In this document: positions 30,149 through 47,735 of the stretch, piece after piece
How the letters are laid out: the number at the start of each line of letters is the position of its first letter
Numbering within the stretch: position 1 is the stretch's first letter
Assembly (NCBI GenBank): GCA_963828255.1
Contig: CAWHDZ010000011.1
Location: 128,001 to 192,000, forward strand
Source: an uncultured delta proteobacterium
GTDB lineage: Bacteria; Myxococcota; Myxococcia; Myxococcales; Anaeromyxobacteraceae
Direction of reading: 5' to 3'
DNA length: 64,000 bases
Translations under genes and position numbers: made by a program
Notes under the pieces: generated by a model
Told to the model about the DNA's origin: nothing
The model's input: only the letters and a program-made list of their open reading frames with translations
The model's database searches: none

Positions 30149-30618
30149 ACCCGCCGCGCAGCCCGGCTCCCCCTCCCGCCCCACGCCTCCTCAATCTCCC
30201 GCTCCCGGGCAGCCTCCCGGGCGCGACGCCCCCGCTCAGCCCACCGGGCGGCGCCGCGCGAGAGCGCGCCGGCCCGCCCCTCGAACTCGCGCTGGGCGGC
30301 GGTCGCCTCCTCTGCCCGGCGACCCGCCCGGCCGGCCCGCTCCGTCGCCAGGCGCCCCTCCCTCGCCATCCGCCGGGCGCCCCGGTCGAGGGCCGCGCGC
30401 GATGCGGCTTCCCGCGCCAGCTCACCGGCCGGCGCGGGATCCGGAGCGGCGGCGCCGGCAGCCGCACGGCGCCTCTCCTCCTCCGCACGCTCGGTGATCC
30501 GGTCGGCCTCGCCCCGCGCCCGGGCGGCCTCGGCCCACCGGAGGGCCACGCCCCGTGCGGCGCGGAGCGCCTGCGCCGACCGCAGCGAGGAGAGCGGCTC
30601 GAGCGGCCAGGGCTTCAC
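30145..30618 (-). CDS. FliJ/SctO-like coiled-coil protein
   Basis: (M)KPWPLEPLSSLR N-terminus, Ala/Arg/Glu coiled coil and EREIEE C-terminus. GTG overlaps the ATPase stop. Confidence 0.6.
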   Translation of the reverse strand: MKPWPLEPLSSLRSAQALRAARGVALRWAEAARARGEADRITERAEEERRRAAAGAAAPDPAPAGELAREAASRAALDRGARRMAREGRLATERAGRAGRRAEEATAAQREFEGRAGALSRGAARWAERGRRAREAAREREIEEAWGGRGSRAARRV

Positions 30619-31946
30619 GCGTCGATCCCGGCGGCGAGCCCGGCGAGGGCCTGGACGGTCTCCGCGAGGGGGGTCGCACCGGTCCCCTCCTGTCGGAGGA
30701 ACGCCTCGATGGCCGGCATCGCGTCCGCGGCCGCATCGAGCCCGGGGTCGGCGCCACGAACCCAGGCCCCAGCCGCCACGAGGTCCCGGGCAGCCTCCCA
30801 CCGGCCGATGGCCCTCCGCACCTTTCCCGCCGCGGCGCGCTGCCCGGCCCCGGTGACCGCAGGCATGGCCCGCGACAGGCTCGCGACGACGTCCACGGCC
30901 GGGTGACGCCCTCCCTCGGCGATGCGCCTGTCGAGCACCAGGTGGCCGTCGAGCAGCCCCTGGATCTCCACCGACATCGGATCCTCCGCCTCGTCCCCTC
31001 CCGAGAGCACCGTGTACACCGCCGTGATGGACCCCCCCGGCCCCGTGCCTGCCCGCTCCACGAGCCGGGGAAGCTCGGAGAAGACCCGGGCAGGGAATCC
31101 CTGGCGCACCGGCGCCTCGCCGGCGCCGAGCCCCACCTCCCGCACCGCCCGCGCGAAGCGGGTGAGCGAATCGACGAGCAGGAGCACGCTGCGACCCTCG
31201 ACCCGCGCGAACCACTCCGCCACCGCGGTGGCCACCTGGGCCGATCGCATCCGCACCACGGCCGGCGCGTCGCTGGTGGCCGCCACCACCACGCTTCGAC
31301 GCAGCCCCTCCGCCCCCAGGGCGTCCTCGACCATCTCGCGGACCTCCCGGCCACGCTCCCCCACCAGGCCCAGCACGCAGACCTCGGCGCCCGACCCGCG
31401 CGCGAGCCGCCCCAGGAGCGAGGATTTCCCGGCTCCCGGCCCCGCGAAGAGCCCGACCCGTTGCCCCTCGGCAAGGGTGGCGAACCCGTCCACGGCCCTG
31501 ACCCCGGTGGCGAACGGGCGGGCGAGCCGCGGCCGCTCCAGCGGGCCGGGGGCCGCCCGGTCCACCTCCCAGGAGGTGAGCCCCGGCGGCAGGGGCCTTC
31601 CGTCGAGGGGGCTCCCCAGTCCGTCGAGGACCCGCCCCAGGAGGCCGCACCCCACCCGGATCTCGACCCTGCGGCCGGTCCTCCGGACGAACGCGCCAGG
31701 GACGGCCGACCGCGCGTCCCCGAGCGGCAGAAGGATCGCCTCGTCGCCGCGAAGCGCCACCACCTCGGCGCGCACGACGCCGTCCCGCCCCGTCCCATCA
31801 TCGGCCTCCACCTCGACCTGCTCGTGGAGCCCCGCGCCGGCGCCCGTGCATCGCAACAGGAACGGGGTCACGTCGCGGAGCCGACCCATCGCCAGGAGGG
31901 GCCTCGCCCCCCGCACCGCAGCCGTCGCACGGGCGAGCACGGTCAC
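30615..31946 (-). CDS. FliI/SctN (YscN)-family export ATPase
   Basis: GLFAGPGAGKS, GERGREV, VAATSD, DSLTRFARA, ERAG, GSITA and LDGHLVL. Confidence 0.92.
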   Translation of the reverse strand: MTVLARATAAVRGARPLLAMGRLRDVTPFLLRCTGAGAGLHEQVEVEADDGTGRDGVVRAEVVALRGDEAILLPLGDARSAVPGAFVRRTGRRVEIRVGCGLLGRVLDGLGSPLDGRPLPPGLTSWEVDRAAPGPLERPRLARPFATGVRAVDGFATLAEGQRVGLFAGPGAGKSSLLGRLARGSGAEVCVLGLVGERGREVREMVEDALGAEGLRRSVVVAATSDAPAVVRMRSAQVATAVAEWFARVEGRSVLLLVDSLTRFARAVREVGLGAGEAPVRQGFPARVFSELPRLVERAGTGPGGSITAVYTVLSGGDEAEDPMSVEIQGLLDGHLVLDRRIAEGGRHPAVDVVASLSRAMPAVTGAGQRAAAGKVRRAIGRWEAARDLVAAGAWVRGADPGLDAAADAMPAIEAFLRQEGTGATPLAETVQALAGLAAGIDA

Positions 31947-32572
31947 CGTGCCTCCTCGTCCACCGCGCGCCGCAAGGCTGCCAGCTGGGAACGGAACCGG
32001 CCGTCCACGGCTGCCCCGTCCGCCTCGACGATCACCTCCCCGGGCGCGAGGTCGGGATCGGTCACGAGGATCACCCCTGCGGCTGAGGAAGGGAATCCCC
32101 CGTCCCCCTCCCCGGCGCGGAAGGCCTCGGCGTCCCCGGCGCTGACCCGCAGCGCCACGGGCCTGCTCCCGCGGAGCTCGGCGAGCGCCCTCCCGGCCGC
32201 GGCGACGGCATCGCCCCCGGGCCGCACCTCCCGGGCCAGGATCCGCCCGGCCATCTCCACCGCGAGCCCGATGAGCTCGCCGGCGCACCCGGCCAGCACG
32301 CGGTCCCGCTCCGCCGCGCCCCGCACCACCTGGGCCGCCGCCCGCGCGAGCCCCTCCGCGTGGCCGGACTCGACGGCCTGCGCCCGCGTGCGCGCGACCT
32401 CCCCCGCCGCCCCTGCCCGGAGCTGTCGGGCCTCCTCCTCCGCGCCGGCGAGCAACTCCCGCGCCGCCCGGCGCGCCTCCCAGACCTCGGCGGAGATGCG
32501 CCGCGGCGCGGGCGCCGCTCCCCCCGTCACCGTTCCTCCCAGGACCGTCCGCCCTGCGTTCGCTCCGTCCAC
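31943..32572 (-). CDS. FliH/SctL-like stator protein
   Basis: Ala-rich helix with GxxxG (GHAEGLARA) and C-terminal DPDLAPGEVIVE...VDGR. Directly upstream of the ATPase. Confidence 0.8.
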   Translation of the reverse strand: MDGANAGRTVLGGTVTGGAAPAPRRISAEVWEARRAARELLAGAEEEARQLRAGAAGEVARTRAQAVESGHAEGLARAAAQVVRGAAERDRVLAGCAGELIGLAVEMAGRILAREVRPGGDAVAAAGRALAELRGSRPVALRVSAGDAEAFRAGEGDGGFPSSAAGVILVTDPDLAPGEVIVEADGAAVDGRFRSQLAALRRAVDEEAR

Positions 32573-32693
32573 GCCACGACCTCCCCGGAGCCGCTCATCC
32601 CGCCCACGGCGCCGCCTGCCGCCTCCCGTGCAAGCGAAAGGCCCACCCCGCGCGGCGGAGTGGGCCTTGGTCGAGGCGCGATGTCCGGAGGGA

Positions 32694-33449
32694 CTAGGCG
32701 GCTTCCTCGGCGTTGCCGATCTGCCCCGTCTCCACCGACTCGACCGACTCGAGGTAGCGGTGAAGGAACTGCTTGGTCTTCAGCTCCACCTGGCGGACCC
32801 GCTCGCGCGAGACGCCCCAGCGCTTGCCGATCTCCTCCAGGGTCTTCGGAGAGTCCTGCTGGAGCCGGTTGTGGATGATGTCCCAGCCCAGCTCGCCGAT
32901 GCGCTTGCGGACCTTGCCGAGCGCGTCGCGGACCTCGCGGTCGCCCTCACCCGACAGGTACCCGCCCTCGGGGCCGGGACCCTCGTCCTCGATGCGCTCG
33001 AGGTGCGAGACGTCGCCGTCCTCGTCGATGTAGCTGTCGAGGGAGAGGTCGGGCTGCGCCACCGTCCCGCTCTGCGGCCGGACCGTGCTGCGCGCCTCCT
33101 TGAGGTACTTGCCGACGTAGGCGCGGATCCACCACACCGCGTACGTCGAGAAACGGGTTCCGGCGTGCGGGTCGAACTTCTCGACGGCGCGCATGAGGCC
33201 GACGTTGCCCTCCTGGATCAGGTCGTCCAGTCGGACCGTCCCGCGACGCTGCTTGCGGGCGATGGCCACGACGAAGGCCAGGTTGTGCCGGACGAGCTTC
33301 TGCTTCGCCCCGACCTCGCCCTTGCGGGCCTTGAGCGCGAGAGCGTGTTCCTCGTCGCGGGTGAGCGGTGGGTAGTCTCGGACCGCCTTGAGATATGGGG
33401 CGAGCTCCTCGAACTCCCTGCTTCCGCGCTGGATACCGGCGGTCTTCAT
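32694..33449 (-). CDS. Sigma-70 family factor, myxobacterial SigF-like (short region 3)
   Basis: Region 1.2 YLKAVRDYPPLT, region 2 DLIQEGNVGLMRAVEKFDP..GTRFSTYAVWWIR and region 4 TLEEIGKRWGVSRERVRQVE. Confidence 0.9.
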   Translation of the reverse strand: MKTAGIQRGSREFEELAPYLKAVRDYPPLTRDEEHALALKARKGEVGAKQKLVRHNLAFVVAIARKQRRGTVRLDDLIQEGNVGLMRAVEKFDPHAGTRFSTYAVWWIRAYVGKYLKEARSTVRPQSGTVAQPDLSLDSYIDEDGDVSHLERIEDEGPGPEGGYLSGEGDREVRDALGKVRKRIGELGWDIIHNRLQQDSPKTLEEIGKRWGVSRERVRQVELKTKQFLHRYLESVESVETGQIGNAEEAA

Positions 33450-33796
33450 CCTCGTTTGCCTCTCCACTGTCCGTGCAGGCTGCCGGGTCTTCCGGAATGC
33501 CGGACAGTTACGTTACGGCATATTACGAATCTGGACTTCTTCAGTCAACCACCAAAGCCAAGTATCCGTCATGATTGATTTGTAATACCGACACATGACT
33601 CCTTTTCCTGGTTTGTCCCGTCCCGATTTTCATGACGCGGCAAATCACGAAAGGGCTGGTACTCTTTCTTGAACGCCCGGGATCCACGGAATAGTTCCGC
33701 CATCCCACACCGGGACGGGGCGTCCCGGACGGCCAGTCCCGTACGCCCCTTAAGGGTATGACGAGCCCCTTCTTGGGTCCCGTCCCATACCCCCCG

Positions 33797-33834
33797 AAAA
33801 GGGCGATGGCCCGAGGCTCTCGCCCCGGGCCACC
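33797..33834 (-). terminator. Intrinsic terminator after rpoC
   Basis: GGTGGCCCGGGGC-GAGA-GCCTCGGGCCATC followed by GCCCTTTT. Confidence 0.65.
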
Positions 33835-33860
33835 GGTCGAATCCCTGGGAGGTCCTTCGG

Positions 33861-38024
<4,164 letters not shown>

Positions 38025-38068
38025 GTCTCGTCCCTCGATGCGGCGTTCGGGTTCCGGGTCATCTGCGC

Positions 38069-42313
<4,245 letters not shown>

Positions 42314-42440
42314 CGAGCAGGTTCCTCTTTTCCCCGGAAGGAGTCTCGTCACAAGCACTACGAGCCGGCGCGAGGCCGGCTCATGACTTCATGCCCGGCG
42401 GTGAGGCCGGGGGACGGGGATGGGCATGGGGGGGACGTGG

Positions 42441-42469
42441 TTATTAACCACTCTGACCCTCCGTGTCAA
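42441..42469 (-). promoter_or_regulatory. Sigma-70 promoter for rpoBC
   Basis: TTGACA-N17-TAATAA on the minus strand in the rplL-rpoB spacer. Confidence 0.6.
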
Positions 42470-42539
42470 AAGTCCCGTCCCGGGAGGGAGGGGGGGGCCG
42501 GCCACCGGGCCGTCCATCCCCCCCGACCCGCGCACCGGA

Positions 42540-42914
42540 CTACTTGATCTCGACCTTCGCTCCGGCGGCCTCGAGCTTCTTCTTGACCTCCTCGGCCTCG
42601 GCCTTGGGAACGCCCGTCTTGACCTCCTTGGGGGCCCCCTCGACCAGGTCCTTGGCCTCCTTCAGGCCCAGGCCGGTGATGGCGCGGACTTCCTTGATGG
42701 TGTTGATCTTGTTGGCGCCGGCGTCCAGGAGGACCACGTTGAACTCGGTCTTCTCCTCGACCGGGGCGGCTGCGGCCCCCCCACCGGCGGCCATCATCAC
42801 CGGGGCGGCGGCGGCGCTGACGCCCCACTTCTCCTCGAGGGTCTTCACGAGCTCGGCGGCCTCGAGGATGGTGAGGCCGGAGAGCTGCTCCACGATTGCG
42901 TTCAGGTCTGCCAT
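42540..42914 (-). CDS. rplL: 50S ribosomal protein L7/L12
   Basis: [10 protein letters not shown] and [19 protein letters not shown]. Confidence 0.98.
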   Translation of the reverse strand: MADLNAIVEQLSGLTILEAAELVKTLEEKWGVSAAAAPVMMAAGGGAAAAPVEEKTEFNVVLLDAGANKINTIKEVRAITGLGLKEAKDLVEGAPKEVKTGVPKAEAEEVKKKLEAAGAKVEIK

Positions 42915-42999
42915 GACTTCGTCTTCCTTTTTTCTTGGGGGGCGACTGAAGCGCCCCGCGTCCATGCCCGCGCTGTCGCGCGGGCGGGTTCACGTACCG

Positions 43000-43527
43000 T
43001 CAAGAAGCCTTCTTCTCCAGCTGTTCCCTGCGCGCGCCGAGGACCTGGGCAAGCTGCTGGCCAGGTGCGGCGAGCAGCCGCACGAGCTTCGACGCCGGCT
43101 GGGCGATGGTTCCCGCGATCTTCGAGCGCAGCTCGGGGAGCGAGGGCAGCTTCGCGAGGGCCATGATGCCCTTCACGTCGATGACCTTTCCCTGCACCAC
43201 TGCGATGCGGAGCGTGAAGTTCTCACGGTCCTTGACGAAGTCCGCCAGGATCTTCGCCGGGGCGACCACGTCGTCGTACGACATGACGAGCGCCGTCGGT
43301 CCGACGAACTTTCCCGCCAGCTGCTCGAGGTCCGTGCCCTTGGCGGCACGGATGGCCAGGGAGTTCTTGACGATGCGGTACTCCACCTTGGCTTCGCGGC
43401 ACTTCCTGCGAAGCTCGGTGACCGTCGCCACGTTGAGTCCCCTGGGCTCCGCAAGGATGGCGGCCTTGGCCTTGGCCATCTTGGCGTGGAGGTTCCCGAT
43501 GACTGCTTCTTTTTCCGTCCGGTTCAA
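43000..43527 (-). CDS. rplJ: 50S ribosomal protein L10
   Basis: MNRTEK..., IVKNSL and LAKLPS. Gene order also fits. Confidence 0.97.
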   Translation of the reverse strand: MNRTEKEAVIGNLHAKMAKAKAAILAEPRGLNVATVTELRRKCREAKVEYRIVKNSLAIRAAKGTDLEQLAGKFVGPTALVMSYDDVVAPAKILADFVKDRENFTLRIAVVQGKVIDVKGIMALAKLPSLPELRSKIAGTIAQPASKLVRLLAAPGQQLAQVLGARREQLEKKAS

Positions 43528-43640
43528 GTGTTCTCACTTCCTTCCCGACCGGCCGCAAAGCGGCTCGGCGTGATGTGGGCCACGGACCGGACGTCGGTAC
43601 GGACCCCCTGGCCAAGCAGGGGACGCTGCAATCGCAACTT

Positions 43641-43735
43641 CCCGTCTCGGCGGGTCGGGCTCGAATCGCCCGCTTGGCCACCCATCCCCTTCTCGCTTCT
43701 CGCACCCGGGGACGGGCAGGCCCGCTGTCTTGGAC
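43641..43735 (-). promoter_or_regulatory. L10 leader (ribosomal protein autoregulatory RNA)
   Basis: Minus strand GTCCAAGACAGCGGG...CCCGCCGAGACGGG resembles the AAGAC..GG/CC.GCCGAG core of L10 leaders. Lies upstream of rplJ. Confidence 0.55.
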
Positions 43736-43788
43736 CAGGAAACACCCGCCGGCGACGCGCCGGAGGGCAAACCTGGAAATGCGGTCTC

Positions 43789-44499
43789 CTATGCTGCCGT
43801 GTGGTGGGCGCTGAGCTCGGCCGGGTCGAGCCTGATGCCCGGCCCCATGGTCGTGCTCACGGTGACACCCTTCAGATACACGCCCTTCGCCGTCTGGGGG
43901 CGCGCCTTGAAGATGACCTCCATGATGGCGTTGAAGTTGTCCTTCAGCTTGTCCGGGGTGAAGGAGGCCTTGCCGAACGGCACGTGGACGATCCCGGCCT
44001 TCTCGACCCGGAACTCCACCTTGCCGGCCTTCTGCTCCCGGACCGCGCGGCCCACGTCGGCGCTGACCGTGCCCACCTTGGGGTTCGGCATGAGGCCGCG
44101 GGGACCGAGCACCTTGCCGAGCCGGCCGACCACTCCCATCATGTCGGGGGTGGCGATGACCTTGTCGAAGTCCATGAAGCCGCCCTGGATCTTCTCGGCC
44201 AGGTCCTCGGCGCCGACGAGGTCGGCTCCGGCCTCCGTGGCCTCGCGGGCCTTGTCGCCCTTGGCGAAGACCGCCAGCCGGATGGTCTTGCCCATTCCGT
44301 GGGGGAGCACCACCGCGCCGCGGACCACCTGGTCGGCGTGCTTGGGGTCCACGCCCAGGTTGATGGCGGCGTCCACCGACTCGTCGAACTTGCGGACGGC
44401 CGTGCTCTTCACGAGCGCCAGCGCGTCGTCGAGCTTGTAGCGCCTGTTGCTGTCGACGTTCTCGGCGGCCTTCTTGAACTTCTTTCCGATGTGAGCCAT
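43789..44499 (-). CDS. rplA: 50S ribosomal protein L1
   Basis: KFDESVD and [15 protein letters not shown]. Confidence 0.98.
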   Translation of the reverse strand: MAHIGKKFKKAAENVDSNRRYKLDDALALVKSTAVRKFDESVDAAINLGVDPKHADQVVRGAVVLPHGMGKTIRLAVFAKGDKAREATEAGADLVGAEDLAEKIQGGFMDFDKVIATPDMMGVVGRLGKVLGPRGLMPNPKVGTVSADVGRAVREQKAGKVEFRVEKAGIVHVPFGKASFTPDKLKDNFNAIMEVIFKARPQTAKGVYLKGVTVSTTMGPGIRLDPAELSAHHTAA

Positions 44500-44515
44500 G
44501 TGCGTGTCTCCCGGC

Positions 44516-44962
44516 CTAACCGACGATCTCGATGCCCATGGACCGGGCGGTGCCCTCGACGGTCCGCATCGCGGCCTCGAGGCTCCCCGCCGTCATGTCC
44601 TGCATCTTCATCTTGGCGATCTGCTCGAGCTGCGTGCGCGACACCTTCCCGACCTTCTCCTTGCCGGGGGCGTGCGCGCCGCTGCCCTTCTTCTTCTCGG
44701 TGTGCAGTCCGGCGGCCTTCTTGAGCAGGATCGACGCCGGGGGCGTCTTGAGGATGAAGCTGAAGGAGCGATCCTGGTAGACCGTGATGATCACCGGGAT
44801 GATGAGCGCTTCCTTCGCCTGCGCCTGCGTGGCCGCGTTGAACTGCTTGCAGAACTCCATGATGTTCACGCCGTGCTGGCCGAGCGCCGGACCCACCGGG
44901 GGCGCCGGGTTGGCCTTCCCAGCCGGGATCTGCAGCTTGATCTGCCCTGTGACCTTCTTCAT
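44516..44962 (-). CDS. rplK: 50S ribosomal protein L11
   Basis: [31 protein letters not shown]. Confidence 0.98.
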   Translation of the reverse strand: MKKVTGQIKLQIPAGKANPAPPVGPALGQHGVNIMEFCKQFNAATQAQAKEALIIPVIITVYQDRSFSFILKTPPASILLKKAAGLHTEKKKGSGAHAPGKEKVGKVSRTQLEQIAKMKMQDMTAGSLEAAMRTVEGTARSMGIEIVG

Positions 44963-44998
44963 GCCTCGTCATCCTTCCGGGCCCGTGCGGCTGGCCCT

Positions 44999-45031
44999 GC
45001 GTGGTCTTCCGGGCGGCGAGCCCTTCCACGC
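44999..45031 (-). promoter_or_regulatory. Probable L1-binding leader hairpin upstream of rplK
   Basis: GCGTGG-AA-GGGC-TCGCC-GCCC-GGAAGA-CCACGC forms a stem with a purine-rich internal loop, like L1 regulatory sites. Confidence 0.55.
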
Positions 45032-45074
45032 TCTGTGAACTGCGGGTGCGGCGGGTGAGGCCTCGACTGCGCTT

Positions 45075-45134
45075 GCGGTTCCGTCGTTCGGGACGGCGCC
45101 GCGGAGTGGCTCTTGCGGCGGCTGAAACCGCCGC
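45075..45134 (-). repeat. REP-like palindrome, copy 5 (variant)
   Basis: GCGGCGGT-TTCA-GCCGCCGC-AAGAGCCAC...ACGGAACCGC, 2 nt after the nusG stop. Confidence 0.75.
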
Positions 45135-45136
45135 TG

Positions 45137-45682
45137 CTACGTCTTCTCCACCTGCATGAAATCGAGCTCGACCGGGGTGGCCCGGCCGAAGATGGACACC
45201 AGCACGCGGACCTTGCCCTTGTCGGGCTTGACCTCTTCCACCGTGCCGTTGAAGTTGGAGAAGGGGCCGTCGGTCACGCGGACCTGGTCGCCCTCCTCGA
45301 ACTGGACCTTGGGCTTGGGCTTGAGGGTGCCCTCGGAGATCTGGCTGGTGAGGCGGGCAACCTCGACGTCGGAGATGGCCGGGACGTCCTTGGGGATCTT
45401 GGCGCTCCCGACGAAGCCGGTGACCTTGGCGGTGCCCTTCACGAGGTGCCAGGTGCGGTCGTCCATCTCCATCTGGACCAGCACGTAGCCGGGGAAGAAC
45501 TTCCGCTTGGAGGTCTTCTTCTCCCCCTTCACCATCTCCACGACCTGCTCCATGGGGATGAGGATCTCTCCGAAGCTCTCCTGGAGATCCTCCTGGCGCA
45601 CGCGCTCCTCGAGCGACTTCTTCACCTTGTTCTCGAAGCCCGAATACGTGTGCACCGCGTACCACTTCTTCGCCATTGCCAT
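45137..45682 (-). CDS. nusG: Transcription factor NusG
   Basis: [26 protein letters not shown] motif GPF and [10 protein letters not shown]. Confidence 0.98.
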   Translation of the reverse strand: MAMAKKWYAVHTYSGFENKVKKSLEERVRQEDLQESFGEILIPMEQVVEMVKGEKKTSKRKFFPGYVLVQMEMDDRTWHLVKGTAKVTGFVGSAKIPKDVPAISDVEVARLTSQISEGTLKPKPKVQFEEGDQVRVTDGPFSNFNGTVEEVKPDKGKVRVLVSIFGRATPVELDFMQVEKT

Positions 45683-45735
45683 GTTCTCCCGACGCTCGGT
45701 GCGCCGCCTCCGGGCGCTCCGCGCCCGGCAACCTG

Positions 45736-46128
45736 CTAGTAGACCAGCGACGAGAGACGCGACCAGACCACGTCGAAGATGCCGAGCAGGAACGCCGCGA
45801 GGAAGGTGAAGACCACCACCGCGACGGTGGAGGCCCGCGTCTCGCGGAGATTGGGCCACGAGACCCGCTCCAGTTCCTGGGCGACCTGCATGGACACCGC
45901 GTTGACGCGCGGGGACCGCCAGGCCAGCACCGCCAGCGCTGCCGCGATGCCGTACCCGAGCAGCGTGGTGAGGGTCCAATCGTCCCCCAGCACGGCCACG
46001 TCGTTCAGGCGCGCGTACGAGAAGCCGAGGGCAAGGATCTTCTCGAGGAAGATCCCGACCACGACCGCCGCGAAGAAGTAGAAGATCGCGACGACTCGCT
46101 TCGGCTCGACGCCAGGTCCCTTTTCCAT
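45736..46128 (-). CDS. secE: Preprotein translocase subunit SecE (3-TM form)
   Basis: ELERVSWP motif followed by a TM helix. Gene order also fits. Confidence 0.93.
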   Translation of the reverse strand: MEKGPGVEPKRVVAIFYFFAAVVVGIFLEKILALGFSYARLNDVAVLGDDWTLTTLLGYGIAAALAVLAWRSPRVNAVSMQVAQELERVSWPNLRETRASTVAVVVFTFLAAFLLGIFDVVWSRLSSLVY

Positions 46129-46146
46129 GCTGCCCTTCCGCTGAAC

Positions 46147-46222
46147 TGGCAGGCCAGGAGGGATTCGAACCCCCAACCCGCGGTTTTGGAGACCGCTGCT
46201 CTACCGTTCGAGCTACTGGCCT
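46147..46222 (-). tRNA. tRNA-Trp(CCA)
   Basis: Cloverleaf AGGCCAG...CTCCAAA...TTCGAAT...CTGGCCTGCCA. Confidence 0.97.
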
Positions 46223-46241
46223 TCGAAATCCCGGTACAGGA

Positions 46242-46400
46242 CTACTTCGTTTCCTTGTGCGTCGCGTGCTTGCGGCAGCGCGGACAGAACTTGGAACGCG
46301 AGAGCTTGTCCTGGGTCTTCTTCTTGTTCTTGGTGGTGCTGTAATTCCGCTCCTTGCAGGTCGTGCACTCGAGCGTGATGATCGTCCTGTTGCCGGCCAT
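46242..46400 (-). CDS. rpmG: 50S ribosomal protein L33 (Zn-ribbon form)
   Basis: Manual translation: [52 protein letters not shown]. Confidence 0.97.
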   Translation of the reverse strand: MAGNRTIITLECTTCKERNYSTTKNKKKTQDKLSRSKFCPRCRKHATHKETK

Positions 46401-46457
46401 GGCTTTCCGTCCTCACTGAGATGACGGCCGGGGCGGACTTCTCCTCGACCGTGATGC

Positions 46458-46533
<76 letters not shown>

Positions 46534-46563
46534 CTTTCTTCCTTTCTTCGTGACCTTGCGACC

Positions 46564-46641
<78 letters not shown>

Positions 46642-46661
46642 ACCTCGTCAATCTCCTGGAG

Positions 46662-46744
46662 TGGAGGGGGGTGGATTCGAACCACCGAAGGCGTAAGCCG
46701 GCAGATTTACAGTCTGCTCCCTTTGGCCGCTCGGGAACCCCTCC
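46662..46744 (-). tRNA. tRNA-Tyr(GTA)
   Basis: GGAGGGGTTCCCGAGCGGCCAAAGGG...CTGTAAA with a long variable arm. No CCA directly after the discriminator. Confidence 0.95.
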
Positions 46745-46799
46745 TTGACCACTTCGAACCTGAACCTAAGGACCACGACGATCGATGCGACGGGCCAGC

Positions 46800-46875
46800 T
46801 GGAGCTGGCGGTGGGATTCGAACCCGCGACCTGCTGCTTACAAGGCAGCTGCTCTGCCAACTGAGCTACGCCAGC
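46800..46875 (-). tRNA. tRNA-Thr(TGT)
   Basis: GCTGGCGTAGCTCAG...CTTGTAA...CGCCAGCTCCA. Confidence 0.96.
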
Positions 46876-46945
46876 GAATCCCCAGAAGTTTCTGGCTCTG
46901 GCCACCCGGCGCGAGGGACACCCGTCCCCGGCGTCGGAGCGGGGT

Positions 46946-46974
46946 CTTGTACAAGACGCTCCCGGCCTTGTCAA
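46946..46974 (-). promoter_or_regulatory. Sigma-70 promoter of the tRNA/secE-nusG cluster
   Basis: TTGACA-N17-TACAAG followed by a GC-rich discriminator. The -35 overlaps the rlmB stop. Confidence 0.6.
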
Positions 46975-47728
46975 GGCAGGATCTTGCCTGTGCTTTCGCC
47001 CCGCTGGCGCGCCGCTTCGTAGAGCGCGATGGCCCCCGCGGCCGACGCGTTCAGGCTGCCCACCTTGCCCAGCATGGGGATGCGGACGGCGTGGTCGCAG
47101 TTCTTCCGGACGAGCGGCCGGATCCCCTGCCCTTCCCCCCCAGGACGAGCGCGATCGGCCCCCGGAGGTCCACCGAACGGAGCTCCTCGGTCCCGTCCGG
47201 GACGGTGGCGACCGTCCAGATCCCCGCCTCGCGGAGCTCCTCGATGCAGCGGACCAGGTTCGTGACCCGGGCGATGGCCATGTGCTCCACCGCCCCGGCC
47301 GATGCCTTGGCGGCCGACGGGGTCACGCCCGCCGCCCGGTCCCGGGGCAGCACCACGCCGTGGGCCCCCAGAGCGTGGGCCGACCGGACGATGGCGCCGA
47401 GGTTGTGGGGATCCTCCACGCCGTCGAGCAGGACGAGCAGCGGGGGGCGCCCGGACTCGCCGGCCGCGGCCAGGATCTCGTCGAGATCCCGGTAGCGGTA
47501 GTCGGCGACCACCGCCACGATGCCCTGGTGCTGGGTCAGCCCGGCCAGCCGGTCGAGCTTGGTGCGTGGCGCCGTTCGCACCTTGGCGCCCCGGTCGCGC
47601 GCGCCCTTCTCGAGATCGGCGAAGGCGCGGGGACGGTCCCCGCCCTCGGCGAGCCAGAGCTCGGTGATCCCCTCCGCGCCGGAGCGGAACAGCTCACGGA
47701 CGGGGTTCATCCCGTAGACGACGCGCAT
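46971..47728 (-). CDS. rlmB: 23S rRNA (Gm2251) methyltransferase RlmB (frameshifted as sequenced at 47135-47141)
   Basis: [23 protein letters not shown] and KASAGA. One extra G in the G7 run restores GGEGQGIR...[15 protein letters not shown]. Confidence 0.92.
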
Positions 47729-47735
47729 GCCGGCC

